From positions 256,001 through 320,000 of the forward strand of contig CAWBKB010000004.1 in NCBI GenBank assembly GCA_963789265.1: DNA of 64,000 bases, read 5' to 3'. Below the pieces are notes generated by a model. That model searched no databases. It was given only the letters and a program-made list of their open reading frames with translations, and was not told where the DNA came from. Below, piece after piece: positions 8,602 through 18,455 of the stretch (its first letter is position 1; every line of letters begins with the position of its first letter). Made by a program: the position numbers and the translations under genes. This DNA is from an uncultured delta proteobacterium. Lineage in GTDB: Bacteria > Desulfobacterota > Desulfomonilia > Desulfomonilales > Desulfomonilaceae.

Positions 8602-9222
8602 ATGGCAAAGCGTTCCAGGGAGTCGAAGCTGATGGAAGAGCCTTCGGAAGTATTGTGTGAGGTTTGCACAAAGAAACGGGGAATTAATCTTAAGACACTG
8701 GAAGAAGTCATCATACTGGCTGTAGAAATAGCGCGGGAGGGTCGGGAAGGTAGAAGAATCGGAACCATGTTCGTGGTCTCCGATTCGGATGAAGTCCTGA
8801 AACGTTCCCAAAACTTGATCTTGGACCCACTCTACGGCCATCCCAACAACAAGAAGCGGCTGATCGATCCGGACGTGCGAGAAACTATCAAAGAGCTGGC
8901 TCAACTGGACGGGGCTTTTGTTGTCTCGGATGGGGGCGTCGTGTTGTCGGCTTCCCGGTTTCTGGACGCGCCCTCGGAGGGGATAAAGATCCCATTAGGC
9001 TTCGGAGCCCGTCACATGGCTGCAGCAGCTATAACCAAAGCCACGAAAGCAGTAGGTGTTGTGGTTTCGGAAAGTTCCGTGGTGAGAGTGTTCGACGATG
9101 GTGAGCTTGTTTCTGAAATAATTCCCGAGCTTTGGCTATTCAGCAGGTTCGGTCGTCATCTGATAGAGCCCTTTTCCAGGCGAACCGCTGAAAATTTAAC
9201 GGTGATCAGCAAGGCGGAGTGA
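8602..9222 (+). CDS. Stand-alone diadenylate cyclase (DAC/DisA_N domain) protein
   Basis: KELAQLDGAFVV (DGA), GARHMAAAAIT (RHR-like), VVSES; no TM segment seen. Confidence 0.82.
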   Translation: MAKRSRESKLMEEPSEVLCEVCTKKRGINLKTLEEVIILAVEIAREGREGRRIGTMFVVSDSDEVLKRSQNLILDPLYGHPNNKKRLIDPDVRETIKELAQLDGAFVVSDGGVVLSASRFLDAPSEGIKIPLGFGARHMAAAAITKATKAVGVVVSESSVVRVFDDGELVSEIIPELWLFSRFGRHLIEPFSRRTAENLTVISKAE

Positions 9223-9488
9223 TTCAGGCCTATGGGACGCCAAAGAATCGCTGCTTCCAGAGAGTGGCTCCTAGTCGCTCTGGACACGTCTCATCTCCGT
9301 CGAGCATTTCCGCCTTTCTACGGCCCGCCAAACTTGGTCCAAGGACAGGAGCGGGTTTAGAGCGATGATTCTCTTGACCTCGGTCCCTGCTCAGTGTACA
9401 GAGTATAAGTTTTAGAATGACGGATCGCTGAGATCAGCGGCTGTTCTATCTCAGCAGATCATTAATACCGCGCGTCGGAGGACAAATT

Positions 9489-10601
9489 ATGATTCCTGTA
9501 TGCGAACCGGTGCTTGACGGCCGAGAGATGAAATACGTAACGGAATGCATGGAGACCAACTGGATTTCCTCAGCCGGAAAATATATCTCCTTGTTCGAAG
9601 AAAAGTTCAGCCAATATTGCGGAGTTCCCTATGGAGTGGCGTGCAGCAACTGCACCACTGCTCTTCACATGTCTCTCGTAGCCTTGGACATCGGCCCCGG
9701 CGATGAGGTCATAATTCCTGACTTTACCCTGATTGTATCTGCCAACACTGTTATCTTGGCGGGAGCGCGCTCCGTGCTGGTGGACGTAGATTCGAAAACA
9801 TGGTGTATCGACGCGGCAATGATCGAGGCCAAGATAACCCCTCGGACCAAGGCCATAATGGTAGTCCACATGTACGGTCATCCTTGTGATATGGAAGCCA
9901 TCATGGAGATTGCGAGACGCCACAATCTTCTGGTGATCGAGGACTGTGCACAAGCGCATGGCGCGGAAGTAAACGGAAAGAAGGCCGGCAGTTTCGGGGA
10001 TGCCTCCTGCTTCAGCTTCTACGGCAACAAAATACTCACCACCGGTGAGGGTGGAATGGTGTTGTGCCGAGACGAGAAGCTTGCTGAAAGGCTACGCCTC
10101 TTGCGCAATCAAGGTTTTCAGGAGCCGCGTTTCGTGCATGATGTGGTGGCATTCAATTATCGCTTGACCAACATACAGGCCGCCATAGGAGTGGCTCAGA
10201 CGGAATTGGTTGATGAAAAGGTCGCACGCAAAAGATGGATCGGCCAAGTATACAATGAACTTCTCGCGGGGAACCCGGATCTCACTCTGCCTCACGAGGA
10301 GCCGTGGGCCAAGAATGTATACTGGATGTACGGTGTGTTGTTGGAAGATAGTTTTGGAGTAACTAAAGACGATCTGATGAGGAAATTAAAGGAAAAGGGA
10401 GTGGATACTCGGTCATTTTTCTGCCCCATGAGCATGCAACCTATATTTCAGGGCTCAGATTCTCGGTTCCCCGACGTGACCGGAGCTTATCCGGTTTCTG
10501 TAGATCTATGGAATCGAGGGCTTTACCTGCCTTCAGGTCTAGGTTTAACCCGGCCGCAAATGGAAGAGGTTGTCGAGAAGTTGTTTGCGTGCCGGGCGTG
10601 A
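9489..10601 (+). CDS. DegT/DnrJ/EryC1/StrS aminotransferase (perosamine synthetase-like)
   Basis: VHMYGHPCDM, IEDCAQAHG, FSFYGNKILTTGEGG. Confidence 0.93.
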   Translation: MIPVCEPVLDGREMKYVTECMETNWISSAGKYISLFEEKFSQYCGVPYGVACSNCTTALHMSLVALDIGPGDEVIIPDFTLIVSANTVILAGARSVLVDVDSKTWCIDAAMIEAKITPRTKAIMVVHMYGHPCDMEAIMEIARRHNLLVIEDCAQAHGAEVNGKKAGSFGDASCFSFYGNKILTTGEGGMVLCRDEKLAERLRLLRNQGFQEPRFVHDVVAFNYRLTNIQAAIGVAQTELVDEKVARKRWIGQVYNELLAGNPDLTLPHEEPWAKNVYWMYGVLLEDSFGVTKDDLMRKLKEKGVDTRSFFCPMSMQPIFQGSDSRFPDVTGAYPVSVDLWNRGLYLPSGLGLTRPQMEEVVEKLFACRA

Positions 10602-10813
10602 GAGGGCCGTGCTCGAATTTATGAAATGGAGCGCTCTGTTTCATAAATTTGACCGCGTATTTTCACGGTTGGGATTGCTTCGTCGTTTCACTCCTCGCAA
10701 TGACATTCCCACTACCTGTCATTGCGAGCGCAGCGAAGCAATCTTCTTCCCGGGTTGTTAATGTCACCGTATTTGCGAAATGGAGTACTTAGCATTCATT
10801 CGGAGGTGTTTGA

Positions 10814-11527
10814 GTGGAACGAGATGCCCGGATCTCTATTGTGCTAGCCACTTACAATGAACGCGAAAATATTGTTGACACGATTCAAAGTATTTTCGAT
10901 CACGTGAAAGATCCTGTGGAAGTCATTGTTGTCGATGACGATTCCGCGGACGAGACATGGCAACTAGTGGAAAATCTTCAAGATCCCCGCATTGTGGTCA
11001 TCCGCCGGGTAGACACGCGCGGTTTGGCATCGGCGTTCAATCGGGGCATCATAGAATCGCGCGGTGAAATTGTCGGCTGGCTGGATGCCGACATGTGCAT
11101 GCCCCCGTCGATGTTGCCGGGGATGATCGACAAATTGAATGAGTACGACATCGTAATCGGGTCGCGTTATGCCCTGGGCGGAAAGGACGACAGGGCTGCA
11201 CTTCGTGTCATATCGAGCCGCTTGATCAACGGCCTGGCCGGATTGGTATTGGGATACGGAATCAAAGATTACGACAGCGGCTTCGTCGTTTTGCGAAGAA
11301 CCGTGTTTAACAAGGTTTCGATTATCCCTACAGGATATGGCGCTTATTTTATGGAATTTCTGTACACCTGTCGCAAGAAGGGCTTGACGGTTTGCGAGAT
11401 ACCGTACGTGTTTCGTGATCGAGCGAAAGGAATATCCAAATCAGCCCCCAGCATATACAGATTCTTCAAGACGGGCATGCAATACGTCATCCGCATATTT
11501 ATAGCCCGCCTGCGCAGGATTGACTGA
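10814..11527 (+). CDS. GT2 glycosyltransferase (polyprenol-phosphate sugar synthase-like)
   Basis: ATYNERENI, VVDDDSAD, DAD, IGSRY, FRDRAKGISK. Confidence 0.9.
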   Translation: MERDARISIVLATYNERENIVDTIQSIFDHVKDPVEVIVVDDDSADETWQLVENLQDPRIVVIRRVDTRGLASAFNRGIIESRGEIVGWLDADMCMPPSMLPGMIDKLNEYDIVIGSRYALGGKDDRAALRVISSRLINGLAGLVLGYGIKDYDSGFVVLRRTVFNKVSIIPTGYGAYFMEFLYTCRKKGLTVCEIPYVFRDRAKGISKSAPSIYRFFKTGMQYVIRIFIARLRRID

Positions 11528-11901
11528 TGGAGCATGAGATACTGAATCCTTCTTTCGAACGAATCGACGATCGAGGAACATTTCGGGAGGTACTAAACGG
11601 CGGTCATTGGGAGGCTTTGATCTGCGGCCGCATGAAGCCCGACGCTGTGATGGGCAATCATTATCACAAAAGAACAGTGATTTTTTTCTGTGTTACCAGT
11701 GGCTCGGCGAAGATCGCTACAATCCATGTGGAAACCGGGGAAAGGGATGCTTTCTTATTGAAATCCGGTGAAGGCGTGATCTTGAACACTAACGAATCAC
11801 ACGCAATTCGATTCATTGACGAGTCGGATTTTGTCATGCTCAAGTCGCTAAGGTACGACCCTGCCGATCCCGACACCTATAAGTACCCTGTAAAGGAATG
11901 A
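11527..11901 (+). CDS. Cupin-fold sugar isomerase/epimerase (FdtA/WxcM-like)
   Basis: DDRGTF, GNHYHK, ESHAI, DPDTY; sugar-cluster context. Confidence 0.7.
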   Translation: MEHEILNPSFERIDDRGTFREVLNGGHWEALICGRMKPDAVMGNHYHKRTVIFFCVTSGSAKIATIHVETGERDAFLLKSGEGVILNTNESHAIRFIDESDFVMLKSLRYDPADPDTYKYPVKE

Positions 11902-11908
11902 CTTTTCA

Positions 11909-12665
11909 TTGGAATCCCACGAGTATCAAACCTTATTCGATCTGGAGCCCTCTTACTGGTGGTTCAGGGGGCTTCATCTGATGATCTTGGACACATTATC
12001 CGCGTTGGGACTTGAGGGCCAAGATCCGGTTTCTGGACGCGGGGTGCGGCACGGGACAGAACCTCATCAACATTGGCCGGCAAGTCTCTTCCCGAGCTTA
12101 TGGGTTCGACGTATCGCCCGAGGCCGCTCTCTTTTGCAAGAAGAGAGAGCTTACAAATATATGCCGCGCCTCGATCAACGATATGCCGTTTGCCTCGGAG
12201 ACTTTCTCGGCTGTTGTTTCCATAGACGTGTTTGAATGCGATTCAGTGCTCGAGGACAAGGCATACGGTGAAATCTGGAGAGTGCTGAAACCCGGGGGTT
12301 ACCTGGTTCTGGTCGTCCCTGCGTATGAGTGGCTCATGAGCTCGGAACATCACAAGGCGGTTCACGCCTCTAGACGATATTCAAAAAGCGGGCTGGCGGC
12401 CTTGATCTCAAAACGCCCGGTGCAAGTGATTCGCATGACACACCTTTTCGCGTCGCTCTTTCCCCTTATAGCCTCTTATCGCCTGGTGCTCCGCTTAGTG
12501 GCCGGGAATTCTGATGGACCACCTCGATCTGAACTCAAGCCGATGCACCCTGCGTTCAACAGTTTGCTTTTCGGTATTGTTAAGGCCGAACGTCAGTTCC
12601 TCCGGCTGACAGATCTTCCATTCGGTAGTTCCATAATGGCTGTTGTTCGGAAAGTTGGTCGCTGA
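11909..12665 (+). CDS. Class I SAM-dependent methyltransferase with an apparent extra base near 12020
   Basis: N-terminal EPSYWWFRG in one frame; FLDAGCGTG and RVLKPGG in the next. Confidence 0.8.
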
Positions 12666-13273
12666 TGGGCGACAAGTCGTGGCAACTTGGGGCCCCCGGC
12701 TCCCTAACCTACCGATTGTACGACGCGTTGCGGAATCAACTGAACGGCAAACTGGTAAGTTATCTCCGGGGCCGCGGAATAAACCATGGCAAGTGCAAAG
12801 TGCTGGAAGCGGGCTCGGGACCTGCCTTTGCATCCTCGATTCTTGCGCAGGACAAACGGGTGGAACTCTGTGTGGCAGTTGACCTTGACATTGAGGCACT
12901 GCATGAAGCGCGCCGCCGCGATCCAGGTTTATGTCTGGTTGTCGCAGACGTGCGCAATCTGCCCTTCAAGACCGAAACGTTCGATCTTTCCTGGAACAGC
13001 AGCACCGTCGAACATCTGCCAATCCCTTGTACTGCCGTATCCGAGATGGCACGTGTCACGCGGAAAGGCGGAAAGGTCTTCGTGGGTGTCCCGAATGTTT
13101 ACGGCCCGTTGGGATTCGAACGTTGGATTCGGGAGACTTCGGTGGGCATCTGGATTGGACAGACTTTTACCGGCTCCGAGCTAAAAGAAGTGCTAATGCA
13201 GTCAGGACTCAAGCCGCAACACTCGCTCTTCTATTTCTTCCGCTTTTTTGTCGGTATGCTTGCAGAAAAATAA
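12665..13273 (+). CDS. Class I SAM-dependent methyltransferase
   Basis: VLEAGSGPA, ADVRNLPF, STVEHL, EMARVTRKGG. Confidence 0.85.
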   Translation: MGDKSWQLGAPGSLTYRLYDALRNQLNGKLVSYLRGRGINHGKCKVLEAGSGPAFASSILAQDKRVELCVAVDLDIEALHEARRRDPGLCLVVADVRNLPFKTETFDLSWNSSTVEHLPIPCTAVSEMARVTRKGGKVFVGVPNVYGPLGFERWIRETSVGIWIGQTFTGSELKEVLMQSGLKPQHSLFYFFRFFVGMLAEK

Positions 13274-13532
13274 CATGGCGTTCCCGTCGTAGCGAATGAC
13301 GCGATTTCCCCGCGATTTGCGGGGATAACCGCATCCTTATATGTTATTCCACCCTGAATCGGGGTGCCGTAGGCGCTGACTCAAGGCCAGTCTGTTGTTT
13401 TTGAAAGGGGCCAAGGGCCTTCAAAGTCCACCTTTTCTAAAGTGGGATTTTGGGGTATAGGCGTTAAAACAAAGCATCCCTTGCAACCTTATGAGCCCCA
13501 GGGGGGCGCCGAGATAGTAGCCCGGCGCTTCA

Positions 13533-15208
13533 GAAACTGTCTCAAAAGTCGATTTTGGGCTCGCGATTCTCAACCGATTCTACTAATGAGATGTGAAAAG
13601 AGAATCGGAGAGGGAAAGGATTATGCCGCAAATCAGAGCCGACTACAAGCAGGTGTTTCTGCTTCCGCCCGCTATAGATGACTGGATAGGGCCTGATCAT
13701 CCAGCGCGCTTCATAGGAGACTTTGTGGATTCCTTGGATTTGGAGGTGCTGGGTTTTCGAGTTCCGAATGGCGAAACGGGCCGTCCTCCCTATAGTACCG
13801 ATCTTTTGTTGAAGGCATGGCTCTACGGCTATTTCAGCAGAATCAGGTCATCGCGCAAGCTTGAGAAGGCATGCATGGAGAACATGGGATTGATTTGGCT
13901 GACGGGTATGAATGCAGCGGATCATAATACCCTGTGGCGATTCTGGAGGGACAACAAGAAGGTTTTCAAGGGAATATTCAAACAATCGGTTCAAGTGGCA
14001 GTCAAAGCCGAGTTGATAGGTATGGCGGTTCATGCATTGGATGGAACCAAGATCCCTGTCGGATCATCTCGGGAGAAGTTCAAGAACCAAGATCAGTTGG
14101 AGCGGATGCTTGAGAATTTGGACAAGTGCGTTGCCGACGTCATGACGGAGACAGAGAGGTGCGAGCAAGAGGAGGGTGGCGAATGGCGTCTTCCCGAAGC
14201 CCTGCAGGACGAGTTGAAACGCAAGGAGCGGATACAGAAGGCCTTGCAGGAATTGGATAAGACTGACAAGAAGGTCGTCCATCCCTGCGAGCCGGATGCC
14301 CGGTACATGAAGAACCGGCGGTCTACTGAGCCCTCTTACAATGCTCAAGCGGTGGCAGACCAACAAAGCGGCATGATTGTGGCTGAGGAAGTGGTCGACG
14401 AAGGCAATGACAATGGGCAGCTTGTTCCCATGCTGGATCGAGTTCAGGAAAATTTGGGCGCAACCGCAGAGGAAACCGTGGCGGACGCAGGATACTTCGC
14501 ATCGGCTCAAATCGCGTTGGCCGAAGAGAAGGAGTACGAGGTCTTGGTCGCCAAGTCGTCGGGAGAGTCCGCTGCGGAAAAAGGCGCTCAATGGGACCCT
14601 TATCACGCTTCCCAGTTCGTCTACGACCAAGAGCGAGACGTCTGTATTTGTCCGCAAGGCGCATCGCTGAACTTTCTTCAGAAGAAAGTCACAGGAAAAA
14701 ACGGAAACGAGATCCGGCGGTATCGATGCCGGGACTACTTGACGTGTCCTGAACGGTGGAAGTGCAGCAAGAGCAAGAATGGCCGTCTCATAGACATTAA
14801 CATCTATCGTGACGCAGTTGAGCGCCACCGCAAGAAACGGGAGGTCCCGGAAAGCAAGACGCTACTCCGAGCCCGCAAGGTGATCATTGAGCCGGTCTTT
14901 GCATGGATAAAGAGCCACTTGGACTTTAGACGGTGGACCGTGTCCGGATTATCCAATGCGAGGGCTCAATGGTCTTTGATGTGCGCCACCTTGAATCTCA
15001 AGAAGCTCTACAGCCATTGGCTGACGGGGCGTCTGGTGCTAACCGCGGCCTAAGACATCAGGACGGAGAGTGACTCATGGCTGCCTGAGGCATACTCATA
15101 GCCGGCCCCGGCTCGTCGGAGACAAGGGAGGCCAAGGTGCGAGATTAACCGCACCCTACCACCCCGAGAGTCGTCATCGTGCCACTACAACCGTTTTGAG
15201 ACACTCTC
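13533..15208 (+). mobile_element. IS1182-family insertion sequence, 1676 bp
   Basis: TIRs GAAACTGTCTCAAAA (13533-13547) and TTTTGAGACACTCTC (15194-15208), 13/15 match; flanking direct repeat TTCA at 13529-13532 and 15209-15212. Confidence 0.92.
13623..15053 (+). CDS. IS1182-family DDE transposase
   Basis: GRPPY, SSRKLEKAC, DHNTL, DGTKI, YNAQ, ADAGY, Zn-ribbon CPQG, IEPVFAWIK; frame intact. Confidence 0.93.
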   Translation: MPQIRADYKQVFLLPPAIDDWIGPDHPARFIGDFVDSLDLEVLGFRVPNGETGRPPYSTDLLLKAWLYGYFSRIRSSRKLEKACMENMGLIWLTGMNAADHNTLWRFWRDNKKVFKGIFKQSVQVAVKAELIGMAVHALDGTKIPVGSSREKFKNQDQLERMLENLDKCVADVMTETERCEQEEGGEWRLPEALQDELKRKERIQKALQELDKTDKKVVHPCEPDARYMKNRRSTEPSYNAQAVADQQSGMIVAEEVVDEGNDNGQLVPMLDRVQENLGATAEETVADAGYFASAQIALAEEKEYEVLVAKSSGESAAEKGAQWDPYHASQFVYDQERDVCICPQGASLNFLQKKVTGKNGNEIRRYRCRDYLTCPERWKCSKSKNGRLIDINIYRDAVERHRKKREVPESKTLLRARKVIIEPVFAWIKSHLDFRRWTVSGLSNARAQWSLMCATLNLKKLYSHWLTGRLVLTAA

Positions 15209-15212
15209 TTCA

Positions 15213-15380
15213 TTGCCGGGTAAGGGACCAATTATGTACTGGTTCTGCGTCCCATAGGGACGCTTGAAAGATTGATTTCTAGGATGACATTCGGGCGTCC
15301 CTATGGGACGCAGAGGTTCTCCATTGACTCTTTTCCCGGCGCTGAAGCACCGGTCTACTATCAAAACGTCCCTACGGGAC
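15213..15380. repeat. Right part of a REP/REPIN-like nested palindrome interrupted by the IS (left arm 13513-13532)
   Basis: Perfect 20-bp IR at 15244-15263 / 15295-15314. Outer arm CCCGGCGCTGAAGCACCGGTCTACTATC (15335-15362) is complementary to GATAGTAGCCCGGCGCTTCA|TTGCCGGG. Confidence 0.75.
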
Positions 15381-15486
15381 AACCGCGTAGTGGCCAACGG
15401 ATGAACGCATTTAAGCGCCTATGGGTTAAAGAGGATTTTCTCAAAATTTGGAACGCGAATAGGTAGAGACTTTCTTGCAAAGAAGT

Positions 15487-16779
15487 CTACGCCACACTTG
15501 CCGCCTTGAATGCAACGTCTCCTGATTCCTCCTGGACCAAGGCTTCCGCAACCAGGTTCGAAAGAAATTCCACCTTGACCCCCAATTCGTAATGCTCGTT
15601 GAGATCGGAAAGCTGACTGTAACAGTTCTCGCACGCGGTGCAAAGGATCCGGGCCCCGGTGGCCTTGACCTGGTCGGCCTTGACCTTGGCAGACTTCATC
15701 CGGAAATCTTTCTCACCGATAACCACAAGCCCGCCGCCGCCACCACAACACCAGTTCGCCTGACGATTTGGCTGCATTTCCACAAAGTCGGCGCTGAGGC
15801 TCCTCAAGATTTCCCGAGGTTGCTCGTAAATCCCTCCGTTTCGTGCGATCTGGCACGGATCGTGGTACGTGATTCTCCCGTTTGTCTTGGACTTGTCCAA
15901 CTTGATGCGCCCTTCTCTCAAATAGCGAGCGATCAGCTCTACAAAAGTGATGACTTTGAACGGATGCTCACCTGTCATGTGCCTCATAACGCGATAGGCA
16001 GTGCCGCATTCGCAGATGGCCACTTCGGGAACCTCTAGGCGAACGGCTTCGTCAACGATCCGTTGGGCAATCTCTTTTGTCTTCTTGGGGTGTCCGACGA
16101 ATGCGCCGAAGTTGACTGCCTCGAAGTAGCTGAGCGACCATTTTTCGCCCGCTGCGTTCATGATAGCGGCCGCGGGAATAATCGAGTGCTTTCCGGCAAG
16201 TGCCACGTAAAGCACGTTTGCTCCCTTGACGTCCAGCGGGATGGCATCCGCGCCGGCTTCACCGCGCCACTTTTCAATCACCTCGGCTTCAAGCTTGTGC
16301 ACTGCCTCGCCAAAATTCGCTTTGGTGGCCTCAATATTTTCACCCTTGGCAATCGACACGTCTGCAAGCATGCTCAGCACTTTCGGTTCCATATCCGCAC
16401 CAATGAGCATTAACTTTGCAATGGACTGGATGAGCTGCGTGTCAATGCCGAATGGGCAAAATGTCATACAACGACGACAGCCCGTGCAAGTGTATGCGGT
16501 CTCGTTGACCTTCTCCATCCAATAGTCGTCCAGTTCCACCGCTTCGTTGAGCCAGGGCGCTATCTTTCCCGAAAACTTGAAGTACTTTTCGTAGAGTCGG
16601 CGTATGTTCTGTGCTCGGCCCACTGCCGTGTAACGCGTCTCCGGAGACGAGGCGTAAACATGGCATGCCTCAACGCACATGCCACAGCGCGAACAATTCT
16701 CCAGATACATGCGCGCCGCTCGGTTAAGTTTACCCGAGAAGAGTTCAAGCAGTTGTCGGCGTTTTTCATGGTCCATCAT
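15487..16779 (-). CDS. HdrD/DsrK/GlpC-like Fe-S oxidoreductase (CCG domain)
   Basis: CSRCGMCVEAC, CTGCRRCMTFCP, YHDPCQIAR, CCGGGGG, TACENC. The ATG at 16779 overlaps the upstream TAA. Confidence 0.88.
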   Translation of the reverse strand: MMDHEKRRQLLELFSGKLNRAARMYLENCSRCGMCVEACHVYASSPETRYTAVGRAQNIRRLYEKYFKFSGKIAPWLNEAVELDDYWMEKVNETAYTCTGCRRCMTFCPFGIDTQLIQSIAKLMLIGADMEPKVLSMLADVSIAKGENIEATKANFGEAVHKLEAEVIEKWRGEAGADAIPLDVKGANVLYVALAGKHSIIPAAAIMNAAGEKWSLSYFEAVNFGAFVGHPKKTKEIAQRIVDEAVRLEVPEVAICECGTAYRVMRHMTGEHPFKVITFVELIARYLREGRIKLDKSKTNGRITYHDPCQIARNGGIYEQPREILRSLSADFVEMQPNRQANWCCGGGGGLVVIGEKDFRMKSAKVKADQVKATGARILCTACENCYSQLSDLNEHYELGVKVEFLSNLVAEALVQEESGDVAFKAASVA

Positions 16780-17492
16780 TAAGCCCTCCGCAGCAGGTTC
16801 AGCGGCACTGCAAAGAAACTGTGCATTATCTTGCTGAACGGTAGAATCATGAGGAACAAGTTGGCCAGTAACACGTGCGTTCCGACGATCACATAGTGAG
16901 AACCCGAGAGCATGGTGCGGGGGTCTGCAAATGTGAACGTGACGAGGTTGCTCAGATAGGAGCCCAGGTCCTGTTTGGTGATGACAAAACCATCCGGGCT
17001 CCAGGAATTTCCCCAACTGACAACGTCACCGGTAAGGAAGATGCAAAACAGCAGGCACAAAATCAGATAGTCGGCAGGGACAGACAAGTCCCGTACTGGC
17101 GTGCGGAAGCGGCGCAATAGGAAATAGATCACGGATATGGTGAGCACTACCCCCACAGCTCCGTGGCCGATCATGTCCGGAGAATCCGGACTCGTAAGCC
17201 GCAATTGAGGTATCAGATCGAGGTGCGAGATTATGAGTAACGCGATGGCTCCATGGAAGGCCAACAGGAAAACCCAAAATACCGGCTTGTGCTTTCTGAC
17301 GGAAGGCATGGTAAATGCGTCCTTTACAGCGGCCAGAAAGGGGGTCTTGCTCTCAGGGAATATTTTCAGCGTATTCGGCATCTCGGGGGCCCGTACAATG
17401 CCGATGACTTTTGCCGTGATGCCCACAATGCACCAGACAAATGCCAGATATACCATGGGCACCATGATGAGATAAAAGATTTTGTCTATCAT
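16779..17492 (-). CDS. NarI/DsrM/HdrE-like membrane cytochrome b subunit
   Basis: About five TM segments; His pairs FH...SH and THVLL...PFSKIMH. Confidence 0.85.
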   Translation of the reverse strand: MIDKIFYLIMVPMVYLAFVWCIVGITAKVIGIVRAPEMPNTLKIFPESKTPFLAAVKDAFTMPSVRKHKPVFWVFLLAFHGAIALLIISHLDLIPQLRLTSPDSPDMIGHGAVGVVLTISVIYFLLRRFRTPVRDLSVPADYLILCLLFCIFLTGDVVSWGNSWSPDGFVITKQDLGSYLSNLVTFTFADPRTMLSGSHYVIVGTHVLLANLFLMILPFSKIMHSFFAVPLNLLRRA

Positions 17493-17510
17493 GACTCATT
17501 CTCGTACCGG

Positions 17511-17750
17511 CTATTTGAGCCGCTTGACGAATATTTTGATGACGCCGTTACCTTGCTCGGATTCCAGCACTTCATGACCCGTAGTCTTGGCCCAGGCGGG
17601 AAAGTCCGAAAGTGAGCCGGGATCGGTCGTATGCACTTCAATGACCTCACCGACTCCTACAGAGTTTATTTCCTGGCTGATCTTGACAACAGGCATGGGA
17701 CATGGAAGTCCTTTGACGTCCAGCACTTTCGAAACAGTGTGTTCTGACAT
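17511..17750 (-). CDS. tusA: TusA family sulfur carrier protein
   Basis: LDVKGLPCPMPVV, TTDPGSLSDFPAWAKTTGH. Confidence 0.92.
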   Translation of the reverse strand: MSEHTVSKVLDVKGLPCPMPVVKISQEINSVGVGEVIEVHTTDPGSLSDFPAWAKTTGHEVLESEQGNGVIKIFVKRLK

Positions 17751-17761
17751 TTTGCTACTCC

Positions 17762-18307
17762 CTAGATAAATAGCTGATTGCTCGATTCTTTGGCATGAGC
17801 AAGAAATGTGGCCACCCCCACGTACTCGAGGTTCGGGTAGTCGATGATCTCCTCGTGTTTGAAGCCCATCAGGTCCATGGACATCTCGCAGACCTTGATT
17901 TCCACCCCGAGTTGGGCTGCAAGTTCAAAAAGCTGATCCAGGCTGGGGGCGTTTTTCTTCTTCATGAGCCCCTTCATCATGGCCGTTCCCATTCCACCCA
18001 TGTTCATTTGTGAAAGCTTCACCCTGTTGCGGCCTTTGGGCAGCATCCAGCCGAACATTTTGGACATGAAGTCCTTGCCGTTAACGTTGGCATCCGGCTT
18101 GCGAAGCGCCGCGGTGCCCCAGAACGTGAAGAATTGGACAACTTTCATCCCCATCGCGGCAGCGCCGGTGGCGATGATCATTGCTGCCAGCAATTTGTCG
18201 AGATCTCCGGAGAACACGACCATTGCGAGTTTGTTCTGCTTGCCGGCGCCGAGCTCCTCGACTTTTTTCTCCAACTCCGCTAGTTGAACCAGTGCATCTG
18301 CGCTCAT
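17762..18307 (-). CDS. DsrE/DsrF/DrsH-like (DsrE2-type) sulfurtransferase
   Basis: VVFSGDLDK, FFTFWG, MNMGGMG, VCEMSMDLMG, GVATFL. Confidence 0.9.
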   Translation of the reverse strand: MSADALVQLAELEKKVEELGAGKQNKLAMVVFSGDLDKLLAAMIIATGAAAMGMKVVQFFTFWGTAALRKPDANVNGKDFMSKMFGWMLPKGRNRVKLSQMNMGGMGTAMMKGLMKKKNAPSLDQLFELAAQLGVEIKVCEMSMDLMGFKHEEIIDYPNLEYVGVATFLAHAKESSNQLFI

Positions 18308-18397
18308 TTACTGTTCCTCCATTTGTGTTACGGCAGCAGGTGCCGTTATTGATTTACCTGCCGAGGGCTGAGTCAAAGCGCCCAGCGGCGGCCACAA

Positions 18398-18455
18398 ACA
18401 TACAGGTATGTCCATATATGAATAGAATAATACCGAGACGGTTTTGGATTGTCAA
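18398..18455 (-). promoter_or_regulatory. sigma70 promoter and candidate operator of the dsrE2-tusA operon
   Basis: TTGACA (18450-18455), 17 nt, TATTAT (18427-18432); downstream palindromes CATATATG (18413-18420) and ACATAC-AG-GTATGT (18398-18411). Confidence 0.65.

Noticed and set aside
7986..8768. Long antisense ORFs (this one, 14064-14828, 38159-38779, 44194-44865, 53194-53841)
   Set aside because: They shadow well-supported genes and carry no recognisable motifs.
16780..17016. N-terminal extension of ORF 15487-17016
   Set aside because: It overlaps the NarI-like gene; the coupled ATG at 16779 is the better start.
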